This document shows, piece by piece, positions 54,559 to 61,744 of a stretch of DNA of 64,000 nt (positions are counted from its first letter, which is position 1; every line of letters starts with the position of its first letter). A program made the translations under genes and the position numbers. Origin of the DNA: Actinomycetota bacterium (lineage in GTDB: Bacteria; Actinomycetota; Acidimicrobiia; Acidimicrobiales; Ilumatobacteraceae); contig WLJO01000010.1 of the NCBI GenBank assembly GCA_009701715.1, forward strand, positions 2,916 through 66,915, read 5' to 3'. Below the pieces are notes generated by a model. The model made no database searches, was not told the DNA's origin, and worked only from the letters and a program-made list of their open reading frames with translations.

Positions 54559-54759
54559 ATGGAGTCCCTCGAACTCGAAGCAACATTCACCTGCCCCCGC
54601 TGCAGTGCCACGGTGTCGGGTCGCTTCTACGGCCCGTGCGAGTCATGTCGGGCTGAACTGCGGGCCAAGCTCGGCGGCGAGGCCAGGCAGATCGAGCTAG
54701 CGGACTACGAGCCGAAGATGAACGTGACGCCGAACGCGGTTGCCACCAAGGATGACTGA
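54559..54759 (+). CDS. Small zinc-ribbon protein (hypothetical)
   Basis: MESLELEATFTCPRCSATVSGRFYGPCESCRAEL has two CxxC pairs and an acidic, unstructured-looking tail. Third-position GC is high. Overlaps the PhyH gene start by 8 nt. Confidence 0.45.
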   Translation: MESLELEATFTCPRCSATVSGRFYGPCESCRAELRAKLGGEARQIELADYEPKMNVTPNAVATKDD

Positions 54760-55516
54760 CGGCGTGGGGCTCACCGAGCAGGAGCGGTACCTGTTCGACC
54801 TCCATGGCTACGTCGTGCGCCGGGGAGGGCTGTCCGTCAACGAGGTGCAGGCGCTCAACGTGGCCGTCGACCTGCTGGCGCTGCCGGAGCCCGCCGCTCA
54901 GCTCATGAGCCAACGGTTCTCGAGGCACTTGTCCTCGGCGCGGTGCTTCCGAGATCTCATTGACCATCGTGCTGTACTCGACGTGATGATCGAATTGTGC
55001 GGCGAATACGTCCGGCTCGACCACGCGTACGGCATCGCCATGAACCCCGGGCAGAGCGGCCTCGGGTTGCACGGGGGAGGAACACCCCATGACCCCGCCC
55101 AGTACTACGAGGTGCGGGCGGGCCGGATGTACAACGGGTTGGTCTCGGCGCAGTGGGCGCTGGTGGACCACCGGCCGGGTGACGGCGGGTTCGGGTGCAT
55201 CCCCGGCAGCCACCGCGCAAGCTTTCCGCTGCCGTCGCCGGTGCCCCTCGACTGGGTTGCCGAGGTAACCCTGACGGCCGGCGATGTGGTGATCTTCACC
55301 GAGGCGCTCACGCACTGCACCCTTGCTTGGCGCGGGTCCGTACCCCGCCGCACCCTGCTCTACAAGTACGCGCCCGGGCATCTTGCGTGGGGCAAGAACT
55401 ACGTGGAGGACCTCTCCGAACTGGCAGCCTCCGGGGCCCTCACCCCTCGCCAGAGGGTGCTCATGGACCCGCCCTCGGTCTCCCCCCGACAGTCGTTGCT
55501 TGCGTACCGCGACTGA
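54752..55516 (+). CDS. Phytanoyl-CoA dioxygenase (PhyH) family Fe(II)/2-oxoglutarate oxygenase
   Basis: LTEQERYLFDLHGYVVRRG N-terminus, GCIPGSHRA and FTEALTHC blocks typical of the PhyH family. Confidence 0.75.
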   Translation: MTDGVGLTEQERYLFDLHGYVVRRGGLSVNEVQALNVAVDLLALPEPAAQLMSQRFSRHLSSARCFRDLIDHRAVLDVMIELCGEYVRLDHAYGIAMNPGQSGLGLHGGGTPHDPAQYYEVRAGRMYNGLVSAQWALVDHRPGDGGFGCIPGSHRASFPLPSPVPLDWVAEVTLTAGDVVIFTEALTHCTLAWRGSVPRRTLLYKYAPGHLAWGKNYVEDLSELAASGALTPRQRVLMDPPSVSPRQSLLAYRD

Positions 55517-55547
55517 GTCGCTAGCCTGAAGGCTCCCGAGTTATCCA

Positions 55548-55623
55548 GGGGACGTAGCTCAGTTGGCAGAGCACCTGCTTTGCAAGCAGGGGGTCGTGGG
55601 TTCGATTCCCATCGTCTCCACCA
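55548..55623 (+). tRNA. tRNA-Ala (anticodon TGC)
   Basis: Acceptor GGGGACG/CGTCTCC with the G3:U70 identity pair, anticodon loop CTTTGCAA, T-arm GTGGGTTCGATTCCCAT, encoded CCA. Confidence 0.95.
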
Positions 55624-55701
55624 GTCGCTTTCGGGTCCGGTTCCGGAGGCGTTGTGTGGGCGTCGCCAGCCCGGTCGGGCTCGGTCCACTACGTTCGTCT
55701 G

Positions 55702-57426
55702 ATGCACAGCGATCAGTCCGCGGCCGATCTAGCCCTTCTGCGCCGTTTTGAGCCGGTGTTGCACCTCAACAGCGACGAACTCTTTCTGCCCGCCGCCGTC
55801 GACCGCTACGTGAGCGCGTGCTCCCTTCGTCAGCACACCGAGCAGGGGGTGAGCATCCTTGTGCCGACCGGGGCGCTGACCGTTGACAACCTCGCAGTCG
55901 CCGAGGGCGGTCGATCTGGGGTGTTCCTGCAGTTCGTTGCGGAGCACGAGCGCCGCAAGCGTCACCCCACGCAGCGCCGCTCCGAGAACCACGGACTCGC
56001 CCGCCTTGCCCGGGTTGGCCTGCTCGGGCGCATCTTTGACGTGCTGTTCCGGGTGTCGTTGCTCTTGAGGCAGACGGTGCCGAACGGCGTTACGGGTGCC
56101 GCCGCGTGGAAGGCGCGACGCATTGGCCTGCACAACGAACCCGTCTACTACGGCCGGGTGGTGCGTGACGGTGGCTGGACCGTGCTGCACTACACCTACT
56201 TCTACGCGATGAACGACTGGCGATCGACGTTCAGCGGTGTGAACGATCACGAGGCCGATTGGGAGCAGGTGATGGTCTACGTGGAGGAGGTTGGTGACAC
56301 CGTCGAGCCCCACTGGGTGGCCTACTCCCGGCATGACCACGCCGGCGACGATCTGCGCCGTGCGTGGGATGACCCGGAGGTAATCCTGTTCGGGGAGCAT
56401 CCGACGGTGTTCGTCGGAGGCGGCTCGCACGCCGGATACTTCCAGCCGGGTGAGTACGTCACGCGCGTGGAGGCCAAGGCAATCGATGGCGTCAAGCGAT
56501 TTTCTGCTGCGTATCGGCGGCTGCTCCATATCTCCCCGCCCCCAGGTGGCTTCGGTATCCCCTATGTGGACCATGCCGGGGGCAACGGGGTCATTCTCGG
56601 CCCGGGTGGACAGTACGAGTGGTCCCCCAGGGTTCTGGACCCGCTCGACCCGTGGGTGGCCGACTTTCGCGGCCTCTGGGGCCTCGACACCGCAGACCGA
56701 ACCGGGGGTGAGCGCGCACCGACGGGTCCCCGGTTCGAGCGGGACGGTTCGATCCGCCAGTCATGGGTGGATCCCGTTGGTTACGCCGGTCTGCAGAAGG
56801 TCGCCCCGCCGTCACGCGTTGACGAGATCCGTCAGGAGCGACTGGCGGCGCTGGACCTCGAACTCGCCGCCTTGGAGACCGGTTTTGACGAGGCTCGGAC
56901 CCGGCTTCGGGCCGAGGTGTTGGTGGGAAGCTCCGGCGCAGACATGGTTGCCGCAGCGGAGGTCGAACTCGTCCGGCTCCGTCGCCGCGAGGCGGAATTG
57001 CGGGCCGAACGCCGCAGGCTTGAGACCGGTCGCACTGCACCGGTGGACCGCCGCGCGCACGTCCAGCACCCGGCTGTCCCGGACCCCCACGACGGTTCCA
57101 GGCGTGGGCGCGCGCTCAACCTGTGGGTGCTCATCAGTGTCCCCATCGTCTTTGCCTTCGCGGCCCTAGCGGTCCGTTTTCTCTCGCACGTGCTCCTTTG
57201 GACCGCTGTTGTGGTGGGCGGTTTCATGCTCGTCGAAGCGTTCCTGCGCAAGCGGGTCGTGCACTTCCTTTGGGCATCGTTCGCAACCGGGGTGCTGCTC
57301 GGCACCATCGCGGTGACGGTCTACTTCGCGGTTCATGACTGGCGCTGGGCGCTGCTCGGGGTGTTTAGCGCAAGCGGAATACTCGTGCTGCTCGGCAACC
57401 TGCGCGAGCGCTACCGGAGGAGTTGA
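55702..57426 (+). CDS. Hypothetical membrane-anchored protein: Vps62/DUF946-like N-domain, coiled coil, C-terminal multi-TM
   Basis: YTYFYAMNDWRSTFSGVNDHEADWEQVMVYV resembles the Vps62-family HxGDWE block (tentative). An Arg/Glu/Leu-rich helical segment (RQERLAALDLELAALE...RRREAELRAERRRLE) is followed by about 4 TM helices. ATG 55702 chosen to clear tRNA-Ala. Confidence 0.55.
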   Translation: MHSDQSAADLALLRRFEPVLHLNSDELFLPAAVDRYVSACSLRQHTEQGVSILVPTGALTVDNLAVAEGGRSGVFLQFVAEHERRKRHPTQRRSENHGLARLARVGLLGRIFDVLFRVSLLLRQTVPNGVTGAAAWKARRIGLHNEPVYYGRVVRDGGWTVLHYTYFYAMNDWRSTFSGVNDHEADWEQVMVYVEEVGDTVEPHWVAYSRHDHAGDDLRRAWDDPEVILFGEHPTVFVGGGSHAGYFQPGEYVTRVEAKAIDGVKRFSAAYRRLLHISPPPGGFGIPYVDHAGGNGVILGPGGQYEWSPRVLDPLDPWVADFRGLWGLDTADRTGGERAPTGPRFERDGSIRQSWVDPVGYAGLQKVAPPSRVDEIRQERLAALDLELAALETGFDEARTRLRAEVLVGSSGADMVAAAEVELVRLRRREAELRAERRRLETGRTAPVDRRAHVQHPAVPDPHDGSRRGRALNLWVLISVPIVFAFAALAVRFLSHVLLWTAVVVGGFMLVEAFLRKRVVHFLWASFATGVLLGTIAVTVYFAVHDWRWALLGVFSASGILVLLGNLRERYRRS

Positions 57427-57470
57427 CAGCGGGCACAACGGAGCGTCCCGCGGTTGCGTAGTGTCGAGGC

Positions 57471-58310
57471 ATGCAGTTCGGGATCAAGACCTCTCCGCAG
57501 TACACCACCTGGGGCGACATGCTCGACGTCTGGCGGGCCGCCGACGGGATCGAGTTGTTCGAATCTGCTTGGAACTTCGACCACTTCTATCCGATCAACG
57601 TTCCCGACACCTCCGGGCCGTGCATGGAGGGATGGGTCTCACTCACGGCGCTGGCCCAGGCCACCTCCCGTATCCGCATTGGCTGCATGGTCAACGGCGT
57701 GGTGTACCGCCACCCGGCGGTTCTGGCCAACATGGCCTCGGCGCTCGACATCGTCAGCAACGGCCGCCTCGAGCTAGGCCTCGGCGCCGGCTGGAACCAG
57801 GAGGAGTGCGACGCTTACGGCATTCACCTCGGCACCCTTACGGAGCGGTTCGACCGGTTTGACGAGGCCGTTGAGTGCATCGTGGGTCTCCTCACCCAAG
57901 AGACCACCAATTTCTCCGGCAAGTACTTCACGCTCACCAATGCCCGCAACAATCCCGCGGGAGTGCAGCGACCGCACCCGCCGATCTGTATCGGTGGGAA
58001 TGGGCCGAAGCGGACCCTCGCTGCGGTGGCCAAGTGGGCCCAGCACTGGAACTACGCGGCTATGGACGTTGACGGATTCGCCGAGAAGCGGGCGATTCTG
58101 CACGAGCATTGCGCGCGAATCGGTCGCAACCCGGCCGAGATCCGCACCTCGGTGCATGTGCTCTATGACCCCAAGGCCGGCTTCGGGGCCTGGGTGGACA
58201 AGGCCAACGAGTTTGAGGCAGCGGGCGTTGACCTCGCGATCGCCTACCTCCCGTCGCCCCACCGGGCCGACGTGGTCGAGGGCCTTGCCGAGGCGATTCG
58301 GGGCCACTGA
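57471..58310 (+). CDS. LLM-class F420-dependent (luciferase-like) oxidoreductase
   Basis: MQFGIKTSPQYTTWGDMLDVWRAAD...FDHFYP...LGLGAGWNQEE is a typical TIM-barrel LLM pattern. Confidence 0.8.
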   Translation: MQFGIKTSPQYTTWGDMLDVWRAADGIELFESAWNFDHFYPINVPDTSGPCMEGWVSLTALAQATSRIRIGCMVNGVVYRHPAVLANMASALDIVSNGRLELGLGAGWNQEECDAYGIHLGTLTERFDRFDEAVECIVGLLTQETTNFSGKYFTLTNARNNPAGVQRPHPPICIGGNGPKRTLAAVAKWAQHWNYAAMDVDGFAEKRAILHEHCARIGRNPAEIRTSVHVLYDPKAGFGAWVDKANEFEAAGVDLAIAYLPSPHRADVVEGLAEAIRGH

Positions 58311-58457
58311 CACCTGCCGCTTGGCGTATTCGTCGGGGCTCACGGCTGGTTCTAGACGTATTGCCTACGACTTGGGCAGATTCGCCCTGTGCAAAGAGGT
58401 GTCTGGTGATCTACGGTAAAGACATTCGTGTCTGACCACCTAGAGGAACGTGTCACC

Positions 58458-60722
58458 ATGGCTCAATCCGGCTCCGGCTCCATTCTCGGCAACTCTGTCC
58501 TTCGGAAGGAGGATCCAGGCCTGCTCAGGGGTACGAACGAGTACACCGACGACATGAAGTTCCCGAACATGGCGAACATCGTGTTCGTCCGTTCGTCGGT
58601 CGCTCACGGTCGCATCGTCAGCATTGACGTCTCTGGCGCCAAGGACATGCCTGGCGTGCTGGCGGTCTACACCGCCGACGATCTCAATCTGCCGAACAAC
58701 GTCGGATTTGCTGGCACCCCGCAGCACGTGCGCCCGCCGCTCGCCCGCGGCAAGGTCCGCTTCGTCGGCGACATTGTTGCAGCGATCATCGCCACCGACC
58801 TGTACAAGGGTCAGGACGCCGCCGAGCAGGTCATCGTGGACTACGACGTCATGCCCGCTGTGGTTGATCTCGAGCAGTCGCTCGCCGGTGGCATCCTGCT
58901 GTTCGAGGAACTCGGCAGCAACGTCGCATTCGCCACCGCTCTCGGTGCGGACTCCAACGCCCTCGAGGGTGCGGATGTCGTGGCCGAGTCCCGCATCCTC
59001 AGCCAGCGCCTTGCCGGCGTGCCGATGGAGCCCAACGCGTGCATCGCCGTCCCCGAGGGCGATCGCCTGAAGTTCATCGTCGCCACCCAGGCCGCTCATG
59101 CCGTCAAGCCAGCACTGGCTGCCGGAATCGGCGTGGATCCCGAGCAGGTCCGGGTTATCGGACCGTGGGTCGGTGGCGGGTTCGGCCCGAAGGCCGCCTA
59201 CTACGTCGAGTACGAAATCTGCGCCAAGGCCGCTCTGCTGCTCCAGCGCCCGGTGAAGTGGACCGAGAGCCGCACCGAGAACATGCTGTCGATGGGCCAC
59301 GGTCGTGGCTACATCATGGACGTCAAGATGGGTGTCAAGAAGGACGGCACGATCGTCGGTCTGCACGCACGCTGCATCGCCGACGGCGGCGCCTACCCGA
59401 TGGTCGGCACCGTGCTCCCGATGCTCACCCAGATGCTCAGCCAGGGTGTGTACAACATCCCGAAGATCGACTTCGATGCCAAGACGGTGGTCACCAACAC
59501 CACCCCAACCGTGGCGTATCGCGGCGCCGGTCGCCCCGAGGCCACGCAGATGCTCGAGCGCATTCTGGACATCGCAGCAGACATGACGGGTATCGATCCC
59601 GCCGAGATCCGCCGCAAGAACTTCATTCAGCCCTCGCAGTTCCCGTACACCACCATCACCGGTGCCAACTACGACTCGGGTGACTACGAGAAGGCGCTCG
59701 ACACCGCGCTGAAGCTCTCGGACTACAAGGGTCTGCGCTCCGAGCAGCAGCGTCGCATCGCGAGCGGTGCCAACAAGGTTCTCGGTATCGGCATCTCGTC
59801 GTACGTCGAGGTCACCGCCCCGCTCGGTCTGTTCGCCGAGTACGGCAAGGTCACGATCGATGACGACGGTGGCGCAACGATGGTGGTCGGTACGTCCAGC
59901 CACGGCCAGGCGCACGACACGGCGTTCTCGATGATCGTCTCCGACAAGCTCGGCATTCCGATGGACCAGATCCGCCACGTGCAGTCCGACACGGACCTCG
60001 TGCCGCGCGGTGCGGGCACGATGGGCTCGCGTTCGCTGCAGACCGCTGGGTCGGCAGTGTTCGTCGCCAGCGAGAACGTGCTGGAGCAGGGCAAGAAGAT
60101 TGCTGCCCGTCTGCTCGAGGCCTCTGAGGGAGACATCGTGAAGGGTGACGGTGGCCTCCAGGTTGCCGGCGTGCCCGCCAAGGTTATCTCGTGGGTTCAG
60201 CTGGCCGCCGAGTCGAAGAAGGAGGGCAACGAGCTCACTCACGAACTCGATTTCTCCGAGGGCGACTCCACCTACCCGTTCGGCACGCACGTTTCTGTCG
60301 TCGAGATCGACAAAGAGACCGGCGAGGCACGCCTCATCAACCACTTCGCCGTGGATGACTGCGGTCGCGTCCTCAATCCGATGCTCGTGGCCGGCCAGCA
60401 GCACGGCGGTATCGCCCAGGGCATCGCCCAGACGCTGTACGAGCACGTGCAGTACGACGAGGACGGCAACCCCAAGTCCTCCAACCTGATGGACTACCTC
60501 ATGCCGTCGGCTGCAGAGATGCCGTCGTTCACGACGTTCAACACCGAGACCGACAGCCCGCGCAACCCGCTCGGAGCCAAGGGCATCGGCGAGTCCGGCA
60601 CGATTGGCTCCACCCCGGCGCTGCACAACGCCGTCGTAGACGCACTGTCGCACCTTGGTGTGATGCACGTGGACATGCCCTGCACGCCGCAGAAGATCTG
60701 GGCAGCAATCAGCGCTGCCTGA
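58458..60722 (+). CDS. Molybdopterin-binding xanthine dehydrogenase-family large subunit (form II CoxL-like)
   Basis: GNSVLRKEDPGLLRG N-terminus and the active-site loop VAYRGAGRPE (the form II AYRGAGR type rather than form I VAYRCSFR). GAKGIGESG near the C-terminus. ATG 58458 lies 9 nt after GAGGAA. Confidence 0.85.
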   Translation: MAQSGSGSILGNSVLRKEDPGLLRGTNEYTDDMKFPNMANIVFVRSSVAHGRIVSIDVSGAKDMPGVLAVYTADDLNLPNNVGFAGTPQHVRPPLARGKVRFVGDIVAAIIATDLYKGQDAAEQVIVDYDVMPAVVDLEQSLAGGILLFEELGSNVAFATALGADSNALEGADVVAESRILSQRLAGVPMEPNACIAVPEGDRLKFIVATQAAHAVKPALAAGIGVDPEQVRVIGPWVGGGFGPKAAYYVEYEICAKAALLLQRPVKWTESRTENMLSMGHGRGYIMDVKMGVKKDGTIVGLHARCIADGGAYPMVGTVLPMLTQMLSQGVYNIPKIDFDAKTVVTNTTPTVAYRGAGRPEATQMLERILDIAADMTGIDPAEIRRKNFIQPSQFPYTTITGANYDSGDYEKALDTALKLSDYKGLRSEQQRRIASGANKVLGIGISSYVEVTAPLGLFAEYGKVTIDDDGGATMVVGTSSHGQAHDTAFSMIVSDKLGIPMDQIRHVQSDTDLVPRGAGTMGSRSLQTAGSAVFVASENVLEQGKKIAARLLEASEGDIVKGDGGLQVAGVPAKVISWVQLAAESKKEGNELTHELDFSEGDSTYPFGTHVSVVEIDKETGEARLINHFAVDDCGRVLNPMLVAGQQHGGIAQGIAQTLYEHVQYDEDGNPKSSNLMDYLMPSAAEMPSFTTFNTETDSPRNPLGAKGIGESGTIGSTPALHNAVVDALSHLGVMHVDMPCTPQKIWAAISAA

Positions 60723-60741
60723 ACCTGACAGCAGTACTCCG

Positions 60742-60779
60742 GGGGGCTGGGGTGATCGGTTCCGATCATCCCAGCCCCC
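60742..60779 (+). terminator. Strong hairpin downstream of the CoxL-like gene
   Basis: GGGGGCTGGGGTGATCGG-TT-CCGATCATCCCAGCCCCC has 18-nt arms (one G-U pair). A T-rich stretch GTTTTG lies a few nt downstream. Confidence 0.55.
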
Positions 60780-60814
60780 AGTGACGTTTTGACGCAGAAT
60801 TAGATCGGTGGCGG

Positions 60815-61744
60815 GTGACCAAAGCGAAGTCGGTAACGGTTGCAATCTGTACGCGGAACCGGGGGCCATCGCTCGAGCGGGCGGTGCGGTCCGTACTGGA
60901 AGTGCTCGCTACGAGCCGCTGGGCGTCAGACCCACACTTCTGCCTGCTCGTCGTCGACAACGGCTCCACCGACGGTACGGCGGAGTGTGTCCGTCGACTG
61001 CAGCAGAGCGAGCCTCGGATTCGCTACGTGTTGGAGCCCACTGCGGGTATCGCGGTGGCTCGCAACCGTGCACTCGCCGCTCTGGACACCGATGTCGTGG
61101 TGTTTATCGATGATGACGAGACAGTCTGTCCGGGATTCATCGAGGCGCATCTGGACACCTACGAGCAGCAACCTGCCTGCGTTGCGGTCGGCGGCGCGAT
61201 GGATCTTTACTTCGATACCGGCGCACCAAGTTGGGTCTCCCCTGCACTGATGTACCTGTACTCGTCGTACGTCGTGCCCGAGGGAACGTATCGGCGCCTC
61301 GAGCCGGCCGAGAACCCACCGTTCGGGGGGAACCTCTCGCTTTTGGCTGCTGTTGCGCATGAGTGCGGCGGGTTCGACCCGGCGTTCGGCAGGGTGGACA
61401 AGTCGCTCGTCGGGGGCGAGGAGACGGTCCTGCTCGAGGCGATGCGCTCGGCCGGGAACCAGATCTGGCTCACAGGCGCGGCACGGATCCGCCATCACGT
61501 CCCGGCCGAACGGGCACGGCTCGCTTGGGTGCTGCGCCGCTCGATCGGCCAGGGGCGAACGGAGCAGCGGAGCGCCGTCGATCACGCCTTGGGCCCCATC
61601 GTGCTGCGACTGTTGTTCGGCGGGACGAGGCTGTTTGCGAAGCGGCGGTCGTTCCGCCAGCCCGTACTCGTGGAGTACGTGGTACACCGCGCCTACTGGG
61701 TCGGCAGGCTCACCGAGGCAATTGCGGAGCGTCGGTCGCGCTAG
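60815..61744 (+). CDS. Glycosyltransferase family 2
   Basis: VTVAICTRNRGPSL...LLVVDNGSTDGT...VVFIDDDE (DxD) is a GT-A fold signature. Confidence 0.8.
   Translation: MTKAKSVTVAICTRNRGPSLERAVRSVLEVLATSRWASDPHFCLLVVDNGSTDGTAECVRRLQQSEPRIRYVLEPTAGIAVARNRALAALDTDVVVFIDDDETVCPGFIEAHLDTYEQQPACVAVGGAMDLYFDTGAPSWVSPALMYLYSSYVVPEGTYRRLEPAENPPFGGNLSLLAAVAHECGGFDPAFGRVDKSLVGGEETVLLEAMRSAGNQIWLTGAARIRHHVPAERARLAWVLRRSIGQGRTEQRSAVDHALGPIVLRLLFGGTRLFAKRRSFRQPVLVEYVVHRAYWVGRLTEAIAERRSR

Noticed and set aside
43800-55547. Searched the tRNA-flanked block for an integrase, excisionase, transposase or att-like duplication of the tRNA 3' ends
   Set aside because: None was found by eye. The block is therefore reported only as a synteny break, not as a mobile element.
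55541-55549. TTATCCAGG just upstream of tRNA-Ala as a possible DnaA box
   Set aside because: It has two mismatches at the critical 3' end (ACA to AGG), is an isolated single copy, and overlaps the tRNA 5' end.
55399-55707. 102-aa minus-strand ORF
   Set aside because: It overlaps tRNA-Ala and the PhyH 3' end. The tRNA cloverleaf explains the sequence.
58440-60869. 809-aa ORF on the minus strand
   Set aside because: It is antisense to the CoxL-like gene, which has clear family motifs. Shadow ORF.
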